Shown here piece by piece: positions 53,201 through 64,000 of a DNA stretch of 64,000 nucleotides. The position numbers and the translations under genes were made by a program. Source of the stretch: the human T2T-CHM13v2.0 reference genome, Homo sapiens; assembly GCF_009914755.1 (NCBI RefSeq), contig NC_060937.1, one strand, 5' to 3'. The notes below the pieces were generated by a model, which was not told where the DNA came from, made no database searches, and saw nothing but the letters and a program-made list of their open reading frames with translations. Within the stretch, counting starts at the first letter, position 1; every line of letters begins with the position of its first letter.

Positions 53201-56200
53201 AGAATGCTGCTGTCTACCTTTTATTTGAATTCCCGCTTCCAACGAAATCCTCCAAGCTATCCAAATATCCACCTGCATTTTCCACAAAAAGAGCGTTTCA
53301 AAACTGCTCTATCAATAGAAATGTTCAACTCCTTTGGCTGGGTACACACATCACAAACAAGTTTCTGAGAATGCTTCTGTCTAGTTTTTATGGGAAGACA
53401 TTCCCTTTTTCACCAAAGGCATCAAAGCGCTCCAAATGTCCACTTCCAGACACTACAAAAAGAGTGTTTCCAACGTGCTCTAAGAAAGCGAATGTTCAAC
53501 TCTGTGACTTGAATGCAGATATCACAAAGTAGTTTCTGAGAGGGCTTCTGTCTAGATTTTAGATGATGATATTCCCGTTTCCAACGAAATCATTAGAGCT
53601 ATCCAAATATCCACTTACAGTTTCTACAAAAAGAGTGTTTCCAAACTGCTGCATCAAAAGAGAGGTTCCACTCTGTTAGCTGAGTACACACATCACAAAC
53701 TTGTTTCTCAGAATCCTTCTGTCTCGTTTTTCTGGGAAGATATTTACTTTTTCACCGTAGGCATCAAAGCGCTCCAAATGTCCACATCCAGATACTCCAG
53801 AAAGAGTGTTTCAAACCTGCTCTATGAAAGGGAATCTTCAACTCTATGAGTTGAATGCAGACATCAGAAAGAAATTTCTGAGAATGCTGCTGTCTACCTT
53901 TTATTTGAATTCCCGCTTCCAACGAAATCCTCCAAGCTATCCAAATATCCACTTGCAGATTCCACAAAAAGAGTGTTTCAAAACTGCTCTCTATCAATGG
54001 CAAAGTTCAACTCTGTTAGTTGAGGACACATATCACCAACAAGTTTCTGAGAATGCTTCTGTCTATTTTTTATGGGAAGATATTTCCTTTTTCACCGTAG
54101 GCGTCAAGGCGATCGAAATGTCCACTTCCACAAACTACAAAAAGAGTGTTTCAAACCTGCTCTATGAAAGGCCATGTTCATCTCTATGAGTCGAATGGAA
54201 ATATCCGAAAGAAATTTCTGGGAATGCTGCTGTCTAGTTTTTATACGAATTCCCGCTTCCAACGAAATCCTCAAAGCAATCCAAATATCCACTTGCAGAA
54301 TCCACAAAAAGAGTGTTTCAAAACTGCTCTATCAATAGAAAGGTTCAACTCTTTTAGTTGAGTACACACATCACAAACAAGTTTCTGAGAATGCTTCTGT
54401 CTGGCTTTTATTGGAAGACGTTTCCTTTTCACCAAAGGCATCAAAGCGCTCCAAATGTCCACTTCCAGATTCTTCCAAAAGAGTGTTTGAAACGTGCTCA
54501 AAGTAAGGGAATGTTCAACTCTGTGACTTGAATGCAGATATCACCAAGTAGTTTCTAATAGTGCTTCTGTCTAGATTTTAGATGATGATATTCCCGTTTC
54601 CAACGAAATCGTTAGAGCTATCCAAATATCCACTTACAGTTGCTACAAAAACAGTGTTTCCAAACTGCTGCATCAAAAGAAAGGTTCAACTCTGTTAGTT
54701 GAGGACACACGTCACAAAGAAGTTTGTGAGAATGCTTCTGTCTAGATTTTGTATGACGATATTCCCTTTTCCAACGATATCATTAAAGCAATCTAAATAT
54801 CCATTTGCAGAATCCACAAAAATAGAGTTTCAAAGCTGCTCTGTAAAAAGAAAGGTTCCACTCTGTTAGCTGAGTACACACATCACAAACTTGTTTCTCA
54901 GAATCCTTCTGTCTCGTTTTTATGGGAAGATATTTACTTTTTCACCGTAGGCATCAAAGCGCTCCAAATGTCCACATACAGATACTCCAGAAAGAGTGTT
55001 TCAAACCTGCTCTATGAAAGGGAATCTTCAACTCTATGAGTTGAATGCAGACATCAGAAAGAAATTTCTGAGAATGCTGCTGTCTACCTTTTATTTGAAT
55101 TCCCGCTTCCAACGAAATCCTCCAAGCTATCCAAATATCCACTTGCAGATTCCACAAAAAGAGTGTTTCAAAACTGCTCTCTATCAATGGCAAAGTTCAA
55201 CTCTGTTAGTTGAGGACACATATCACCAACAAGTTTCTGAGAATGCTTCTGTCTATTATTTATGGGAAGATATTTCCTTTTTCACCGTAGGCGTCAAGGC
55301 GATCGAAATGTCCACTTCCACAAACTACAAAAAGAGTGTTTCAAACCTGCTCTATGAAAGGCCATGTTCATCTCTATGAGTCGAATGGAAATATCCGAAA
55401 GAAATTTCTGGGAATGCTGCTGTCTAGTTTTTATACGAATTCCCGCTTCCAACGAAATCCTCAAAGCAATCCAAATATCCACTTGCAGAATCCACAAAAA
55501 GAGTGTTTCAAAACTGCTCTATCAATAGAAAGGTTCAACTCTTTTAGTTGAGTACACACATCACAAACAAGTTTCTGAGAATGCTTCTGTCTGGCTTTTA
55601 TTGGAAGACGTTTCCTTTTCACCAAAGGCATCAAAGCGCTCCAAATGTCCACTTCCAGATTCTTCCAAAAGAGTGTTTGAAACGTGCTCAAAGTAAGGGA
55701 ATGTTCAACTCTGTGACTTGAATGCAGATATCACCAAGTAGTTTCTAATAGTGCTTCTGTCTAGATTTTAGATGATGATATTCCCGTTTCCAACGAAATC
55801 GTTAGAGCTATCCAAATATCCACTTACAGTTGCTACAAAAACAGTGTTTCCAAACTGCTGCATCAAAAGAAAGGTTCAACTCTGTTAGTTGAGGACACAC
55901 ATCACAAAGAAGTTTGTGAGAATGCTTCTGTCTAGATTTTGTATGACCATATTCCCTTTTCCAGCGATATCATTAAAGCAATCTAAATATCCATTTGCAG
56001 AATCCACAAAAATAGAGTTTCAAAGCTGCTCTGTAAAAAGAAAGGTTCCACTCTGTTAGCTGAGTACACACATCACAAACTTGTTTCTGAGAATCCTTCT
56101 GTCTCGTTTTTATGGGAAGATATTTACTTTTTCACCGTAGGCATCAAAGCGCTCCAAATGTCCACATCCAGATACTCCAGAAAGAGTGTTTCAAACCTGC

Positions 56201-59200
56201 TCTATGAAAGGGAATCTTCAACTCTATGAGTTGAATGCAGACATCAGAAAGAAATTTCTGAGAATGCTGCTGTCTACCTTTTATTTGAACTCCCGCTTCC
56301 AACGAAATCCTCCAAGCTATCCAAATATCCACTTGCATTTTCCACAAAAAGAGTGCTTCAAAACTGCTCTATCAATAAATGTTCAACTCCTTTAGCTGGG
56401 TGCACACATCACAAACAAGTTTCTGAGAATGCTTCTGTCTAGTTTTTATGGGAAGACATTCCCTTTTTCACCAAAGGCATCAAAGCGCTCCAAATGTCCA
56501 CTTCCAGACACTACAAAAAGAGTGTTTCCAACGTGCTCTAAGAAAGCGAATGTTCAACTCTGTGACTTGAATGCAGATATCACAAAGTAGTTTCTGAGAG
56601 GGCTTCTGTCTAGATTTTAGATGATGATATTCCCGTTTCCAACGAAATCATTAGAGCTATCCAAATATCCACTTACAGTTTCTACAAAAAGAGTGTTTCC
56701 AAACTGCTGCATCAAAAGAGAGGTTCCACTCTGTTAGCTGAGTACACACATCACAAACTTGTTTCTGAGAATCCTTCTGTCTCGTTTTTATGGGAAGATA
56801 TTTACTTTTTCACCGTAGGCATCAAAGCGCTCCAAATGTCCACATCCAGATACTCCAGAAAGAGTGTTTCAAACCTGCTCTATGAAAGGGAATCTTCAAC
56901 TCTATGAGTTGAATGCAGACATCAGAAAGAAATTTCTGAGAATGCTGCTGTCTATCTTTTATTTGAATTCCCGCTTCCAACGAAATCCTCCAAGCTATCC
57001 AAATATCCACTTGCAGATTCCACAAAAAGAGTGTTTCAAAACTGCTCTCTATCAATGGCAAAGTTCAACTCTGTTAGTTGAGGACACATATCACCAACAA
57101 GTTTCTGAGAATGCTTCTGTCTATTTTTTATGGGAAGATATTTCCTTTTTCACCGTAGGCGTCAAGGCGATCGAAATGTCCACTTCCACAAACTACAAAA
57201 AGTGTGTTTCAAACCTGCTCTATGAAAGGCCATGTTCATCTCTATGAGTCGAATGGAAATATCCGAAAGAAATTTCTGGGAATGCTGCTGTCTAGTTTTT
57301 ATACGAATTCCCGCTTCCAACGAAATCCTCAAAGCAATCCAAATATCCACTTGCAGAATCCACAAAAAGAGTGTTTCAAAACTGCTCTATCAATAGAAAG
57401 GTTCAACTCTTTTAGTTGAGTACACACATCACAAACAAGTTTCTGAGAATGCTTCTGTCTGGCTTTTATTGGAAGACGTTTCCTTTTCACCAAAGGCATC
57501 AAAGCGCTCCAAATGTCCACTTCCAGATTCTTCCAAAAGAGTGTTTGAAACGTGCTCAAAGTAAGGGAATGTTCAACTCTGTGACTTGAATGCAGATATC
57601 ACCAAGTAGTTTCTAATAGTGCTTCTGTCTAGATTTTAGATGATGATATTCCCGTTTCCAACGAAATCGTTAGAGCTATCCAAATATCCACTTACAGTTT
57701 CTACAAAAACAGTGTTTCCAAACTGCTGCATCAAAAGAAAGGTTCAACTCTGTTAGTTGAGGACACACATCACAAAGAAGTTTGTGAGAATGCTTCTGTC
57801 TAGATTTTGTATGACCATATTCCCTTTTCCAGCGATATCATTAAAGCAATCTAAATATCCATTTGCAGAATCCACAAAAATAGAGTTTCAAAGCTGCTCT
57901 GTAAAAAGAAAGGTTCCACTCTGTTAGCTGAGTACACACATCACAAACTTGTTTCTGAGAATCCTTCTGTCTCGTTTTTATGGGAAGATATTTACTTTTT
58001 CACCGTAGGCATCAAAGCGCTCCAAATGTCCACATCCAGATACTCCAGAAAGAGTGTTTCAAACCTGCTCTATGAAAGGGAATCTTCAACTCTATGAGTT
58101 GAATGCAGACATCAGAAAGAAATTTCTGAGAATGCTGCTGTCTACCTTTTATTTGAATTCCCGCTTCCAACGAAATCCTCCAAGCTATCCAAATATCCAC
58201 CTGCATTTTCCACAAAAAGAGCGTTTCAAAACTGCTCTATCAATAGAAATGTTCAACTCCTTTGGCTGGGTACACACATCACAAACAAGTTTCTGAGAAT
58301 GCTTCTGTCTAGTTTTTATGGGAAGACATTCCCTTTTTCACCAAAGGCATCAAAGCGCTCCAAATGTCCACTTCCAGACACTACAAAAAGAGTGTTTCCA
58401 ACGTGCTCTAAGAAAGCGAATGTTCAACTCTGTGACTTGAATGCAGATATCACAAAGTAGTTTCTGAGAGGGCTTCTGTCTAGATTTTAGATGATGATAT
58501 TCCCGTTTCCAACGAAATCATTAGAGCTATCCAAATATCCACTTACAGTTTCTACAAAAAGAGTGTTTCCAAACTGCTGCATCAAAAGAGAGGTTCCACT
58601 CTGTTAGCTGAGTACACACATCACAAACTTGTTTCTCAGAATCCTTCTGTCTCGTTTTTCTGGGAAGATATTTACTTTTTCACCGTAGGCATCAAAGCGC
58701 TCCAAATGTCCACATCCAGATACTCCAGAAAGAGTGTTTCAAACCTGCTCTATGAAAGGGAATCTTCAACTCTATGAGTTGAATGCAGACATCAGAAAGA
58801 AATTTCTGAGAATGCTGCTGTCTACCTTTTATTTGAATTCCCGCTTCCAACGAAATCCTCCAAGCTATCCAAATATCCACTTGCAGATTCCACAAAAAGA
58901 GTGTTTCAAAACTGCTCTCTATCAATGGCAAAGTTCAACTCTGTTAGTTGAGGACACATATCACCAACAAGTTTCTGAGAATGCTTCTGTCTATTTTTTA
59001 TGGGAAGATATTTCCTTTTTCACCGTAGGCGTCAAGGCGATCGAAATGTCCACTTCCACAAACTACAAAAAGAGTGTTTCAAACCTGCTCTATGAAAGGC
59101 CATGTTCATCTCTATGAGTCGAATGGAAATATCCGAAAGAAATTTCTGGGAATGCTGCTGTCTAGTTTTTATACGAATTCCCGCTTCCAACGAAATCCTC

Positions 59201-59519
59201 AAAGCAATCCAAATATCCACTTGCAGAATCCACAAAAAGAGTGTTTCAAAACTGCTCTATCAATAGAAAGGTTCAACTCTTTTAGTTGAGTACACACATC
59301 ACAAACAAGTTTCTGAGAATGCTTCTGTCTGGCTTTTATTGGAAGACGTTTCCTTTTCACCAAAGGCATCAAAGCGCTCCAAATGTCCACTTCCAGATTC
59401 TTCCAAAAGAGTGTTTGAAACGTGCTCAAAGTAAGGGAATGTTCAACTCTGTGACTTGAATGCAGATATCACCAAGTAGTTTCTAATAGTGCTTCTGTCT
59501 AGATTTTAGATGATGATAT

Positions 59520-59536
59520 TCCCGTTTCCAACAAAA
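59520..59536 (-). other. Mutated CENP-B box (G>A at 59533)
   Basis: TCCCGTTTCCAACAAAA instead of ...AACGAAA; the TTCG core becomes TTTG. Confidence 0.88.
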
Positions 59537-62500
59537 TCGTTAGAGCTATCCAAATATCCACTTACAGTTGCTACAAAAACAGTGTTTCCAAACTGCTGCA
59601 TCAAAAGAAAGGTTCAACTCTGTTAGTTGAGGACACACGTCACAAAGAAGTTTGTGAGAATGCTTCTGTCTAGATTTTGTATGACGATATTCCCTTTTCC
59701 AACGATATCGTTAAAGCAATCTAAATATCCATTTGCAGAATCCACAAAAATAGAGTTTCAAAGCTGCTCTGTAAAAAGAAAGGTTCCACTCTGTTAGCTG
59801 AGTACACACATCACAAACTTGTTTCTCAGAATCCTTCTGTCTCGTTTTTCTGGGAAGATATTTACTTTTTCACCGTAGGCATCAAAGCGCTCCAAATGTC
59901 CACATCCAGATACTCCAGAAAGAGTGTTTCAAACCTGCTCTATGAAAGGGAATCTTCAACTCTATGAGTTGAATGCAGACATCAGAAAGAAATTTCTGAG
60001 AATGCTGCTGTCTACCTTTTATTTGAATTCCCGCTTCCAACGAAATCCTCCAAGCTATCCAAATATCCACTTGCAGATTCCACAAAAAGAGTGTTTCAAA
60101 ACTGCTCTCTATCAATGGCAAAGTTCAACTCTGTTAGTTGAGGACACATATCACCAACAAGTTTCTGAGAATGCTTCTGTCTATTTTTTATGGGAAGATA
60201 TTTCCTTTTTCACCGTAGGCGTCAAGGCGATCGAAATGTCCACTTCCACAAACTACAAAAAGAGTGTTTCAAACCTGCTCTATGAAAGGCCATGTTCATC
60301 TCTATGAGTCGAATGGAAATATCCGAAAGAAATTTCTGGGAATGCTGCTGTCTAGTTTTTATACGAATTCCCGCTTCCAACGAAATCCTCAAAGCAATCC
60401 AAATATCCACTTGCAGAATCCACAAAAAGAGTGTTTCAAAACTGCTCTATCAATAGAAAGGTTCAACTCTTTTAGTTGAGTACACACATCACAAACAAGT
60501 TTCTGAGAATGCTTCTGTCTGGCTTTTATTGGAAGACGTTTCCTTTTCACCAAAGGCATCAAAGCGCTCCAAATGTCCACTTCCAGATTCTTCCAAAAGA
60601 GTGTTTGAAACGTGCTCAAAGTAAGGGAATGTTCAACTCTGTGACTTGAATGCAGATATCACCAAGTAGTTTCTAATAGTGCTTCTGTCTAGATTTTAGA
60701 TGATGATATTCCCGTTTCCAACGAAATCGTTAGAGCTATCCAAATATCCACTTACAGTTGCTACAAAAACAGTGTTTCCAAACTGCTGCATCAAAAGAAA
60801 GGTTCAACTCTGTTAGTTGAGGACACACGTCACAAAGAAGTTTGTGAGAATGCTTCTGTCTAGATTTTGTATGACGATATTCCCTTTTCCAACGATATCG
60901 TTAAAGCAATCTAAATATCCATTTGCAGAATCCACAAAAATAGAGTTTCAAAGCTGCTCTGTAAAAAGAAAGGTTCCACTCTGTTAGCTGAGTACACACA
61001 TCACAAACTTGTTTCTCAGAATCCTTCTGTCTCGTTTTTCTGGGAAGATATTTACTTTTTCACCGTAGGCATCAAAGCGCTCCAAATGTCCACATCCAGA
61101 TACTCCAGAAAGAGTGTTTCAAACCTGCTCTATGAAAGGGAATCTTCAACTCTATGAGTTGAATGCAGACATCAGAAAGAAATTTCTGAGAATGCTGCTG
61201 TCTACCTTTTATTTGAATTCCCGCTTCCAACGAAATCCTCCAAGCTATCCAAATATCCACTTGCAGATTCCACAAAAAGAGTGTTTCAAAACTGCTCTCT
61301 ATCAATGGCAAAGTTCAACTCTGTTAGTTGAGGACACATATCACCAACAAGTTTCTGAGAATGCTTCTGTCTATTTTTTATGGGAAGATATTTCCTTTTT
61401 CACCGTAGGCGTCAAGGCGATCGAAATGTCCACTTCCACAAACTACAAAAAGAGTGTTTCAAACCTGCTCTATGAAAGGCCATGTTCATCTCTATGAGTC
61501 GAATGGAAATATCCGAAAGAAATTTCTGGGAATGCTGCTGTCTAGTTTTTATACGAATTCCCGCTTCCAACGAAATCCTCAAAGCAATCCAAATATCCAC
61601 TTGCAGAATCCACAAAAAGAGTGTTTCAAAACTGCTCTATCAATAGAAAGGTTCAACTCTTTTAGTTGAGTACACACATCACAAACAAGTTTCTGAGAAT
61701 GCTTCTGTCTGGCTTTTATTGGAAGATGTTTCCTTTTCACCAAAGGCATCAAAGCGCTCCAAATGTCCACTTCCAGATTCTTCCAAAAGAGTGTTTGAAA
61801 CGTGCTCAAAGTAAGGGAATGTTCAACTCCGTGACTTGAATGCAGATATCACCAAGTAGTTTCTAATAGTGCTTCTGTCTAGATTTTAGATGATGATATT
61901 CCCGTTTCCAACGAAATCGTTAGAGCTATCCAAATATCCACTTACAGTTGCTACAAAAAGAGTGTTTCCAAACTGCTGCATCAAAAGAAAGGTTCAACTC
62001 TGTTAGTTGAGGACACACATCACAAAGAAGTTTGTGAGAATGCTTCTGTCTAGATTTTGTATGACCATATTCCCTTTTCCAGCGATATCATTAAAGCAAT
62101 CTAAATATCCATTTGCAGAATCCACAAAAATAGAGTTTCAAAGCTGCTCTGTAAAAAGAAAGGTTCCACTCTGTTAGCTGAGTACACACATCACAAACTT
62201 GTTTCTCAGAATCCTTCTGTCTCGTTTTTATGGGAAGATATTTACTTTTTCACCGTAGGCATCAAAGCGCTCCAAATGTCCACATCCAGATACTCCAGAA
62301 AGAGTGTTTCAAACCTGCTCTATGAAAGGGAATCTTCAACTCTATGAGTTGAATGCAGACATCAGAAAGAAATTTCTGAGAATGCTGCTGTCTACCTTTT
62401 ATTTGAACTCCCGCTTCCAACGAAATCCTCCAAGCTATCCAAATATCCACTTGCATTTTCCACAAAAAGAGTGCTTCAAAACTGCTCTATCAATAAATGT

Positions 62501-64000
62501 TCAACTCCTTTAGCTGGGTGCACACATCACAAACAAGTTTCTGAGAATGCTTCTGTCTAGTTTTTATGGGAAGACATTCCCTTTTTCACCAAAGGCATCA
62601 AAGCGCTCCAAATGTCCACTTCCAGACACTACAAAAAGAGTGTTTCCAACGTGCTCTAAGAAAGCGAATGTTCAACTCTGTGACTTGAATGCAGATATCA
62701 CAAAGTAGTTTCTGAGAGGGCTTCTGTCTAGATTTTAGATGATGATATTCCCGTTTCCAACGAAATCATTAGAGCTATCCAAATATCCACTTACAGTTTC
62801 TACAAAAAGAGTGTTTCCAAACTGCTGCATCAAAAGAGAGGTTCCACTCTGTTAGCTGAGTACACACATCACAAACTTGTTTCTCAGAATCCTTCTGTCT
62901 CGTTTTTCTGGGAAGATATTTACTTTTTCACCGTAGGCATCAAAGCGCTCCAAATGTCCACATCCAGATACTCCAGAAAGAGTGTTTCAAACCTGCTCTA
63001 TGAAAGGGAATCTTCAACTCTATGAGTTGAATGCAGACATCAGAAAGAAATTTCTGAGAATGCTGCTGTCTACCTTTTATTTGAATTCCCGCTTCCAACG
63101 AAATCCTCCAAGCTATCCAAATATCCACTTGCAGATTCCACAAAAAGAGTGTTTCAAAACTGCTCTCTATCAATGGCAAAGTTCAACTCTGTTAGTTGAG
63201 GACACATATCACCAACAAGTTTCTGAGAATGCTTCTGTCTATTTTTTATGGGAAGATATTTCCTTTTTCACCGTAGGCGTCAAGGCGATCGAAATGTCCA
63301 CTTCCACAAACTACAAAAAGAGTGTTTCAAACCTGCTCTATGAAAGGCCATGTTCATCTCTATGAGTCGAATGGAAATATCCGAAAGAAATTTCTGGGAA
63401 TGCTGCTGTCTAGTTTTTATACGAATTCCCGCTTCCAACGAAATCCTCAAAGCAATCCAAATATCCACTTGCAGAATCCACAAAAAGAGTGTTTCAAAAC
63501 TGCTCTATCAATAGAAAGGTTCAACTCTTTTAGTTGAGTACACACATCACAAACAAGTTTCTGAGAATGCTTCTGTCTGGCTTTTATTGGAAGACGTTTC
63601 CTTTTCACCAAAGGCATCAAAGCGCTCCAAATGTCCACTTCCAGATTCTTCCAAAAGAGTGTTTGAAACGTGCTCAAAGTAAGGGAATGTTCAACTCTGT
63701 GACTTGAATGCAGATATCACCAAGTAGTTTCTAATAGTGCTTCTGTCTAGATTTTAGATGATGATATTCCCGTTTCCAACGAAATCGTTAGAGCTATCCA
63801 AATATCCACTTACAGTTGCTACAAAAACAGTGTTTCCAAACTGCTGCATCAAAAGAAAGGTTCAACTCTGTTAGTTGAGGACACACATCACAAAGAAGTT
63901 TGTGAGAATGCTTCTGTCTAGATTTTGTATGACCATATTCCCTTTTCCAGCGATATCATTAAAGCAATCTAAATATCCATTTGCAGAATCCACAAAAATA

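Larger units (their letters stand above)
1..64000 (-). repeat. Centromeric alpha-satellite HOR array (homogeneous, CENP-B-box-rich), SF2 type, most likely D13Z1/D21Z1 (S2C13/21H1L)
   Basis: Continuous ~170-bp monomers with alphoid motifs (gagaatgcttctgtct, aaatatccacttgcaga, ttcaactctgt). The ORF track recurs at exact 1190/680/678-bp steps. CENP-B boxes read on the minus strand in roughly alternate monomers. The family assignment rests on the 1870-bp 11-mer, 5 boxes per HOR and a 680-bp EcoRI fragment. Alpha-satellite identity is near certain; chr13 versus chr21 is not resolved. Confidence 0.97.

Noticed and set aside
224-63677. Hundreds of recurring 67-127 aa ORFs on both strands
   Set aside because: They are chance open frames in alpha satellite: overlapping, antisense to each other, often with non-ATG starts, with no recognisable domain, and freely broken by point changes (30072, 50948) and the B' deletion.
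1-64000. CRISPR-like repeat/spacer array or a novel repeat-encoded system
   Set aside because: The conserved 17-bp motifs are CENP-B boxes, the intervening sequence is itself repeated rather than unique spacers, and there are no cas or other genes.
1-64000. Transposon insertion (L1/Alu), inversion or non-satellite island
   Set aside because: Block lengths sum exactly (39x1190 + 17x680 + 7x678 = 62,716 = 62940-224), leaving no room for an insertion, and orientation is constant throughout.
1-64000. Assignment to other SF2 arrays with 4/7/11-mer variants (D8Z2, D9Z4), or a firm chr13 versus chr21 call
   Set aside because: The EcoRI 680-bp fragment, 1870-bp unit and five boxes favour 13/21. D13Z1 and D21Z1 are nearly identical, and separating them needs alignment to T2T arrays, which I cannot run.
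1-64000. Claim that this window is the kinetochore/CENP-A (CDR) site
   Set aside because: High homogeneity and dense boxes indicate a live-type HOR array, but CDR position is epigenetic and cannot be read from sequence.

Overview
The whole 64 kb window is one uninterrupted, single-orientation array of primate (human-type) centromeric alpha satellite (~170-bp monomers) organised as a higher-order repeat (HOR). It contains no genes; every ORF in the track is a by-product of the repeat. The array is built from two blocks, A (7 monomers, 1190 bp) and B (4 monomers, 680 bp, or 678 bp with a 2-bp deletion). Block starts are phased on the recurring ORF at 224, 1414, 2094 and so on. Between 224 and 62939 I count 39 A and 24 B blocks, giving 22 11-mers (AB, 1870/1868 bp), 16 7-mers (A alone) and one 15-mer (ABB, 2550 bp); a partial A ends the window. 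The 11-mer length, five CENP-B boxes per 11-mer and EcoRI spacing of 340/850/680 bp fit the suprachromosomal family 2 D13Z1/D21Z1 (S2C13/21H1L, alphaRI-680) array. Abundant 7-mers lean towards chr13, which is an inference. I found no novel protein-coding or mobile system. The interesting signal is array evolution: SNP haplotypes tightly linked to HOR structure, an independently arisen 7-mer, a recombinant 15-mer, multi-kb super-HOR duplications, and one knocked-out CENP-B box. All variant calls were made by eye and need confirmation by alignment.
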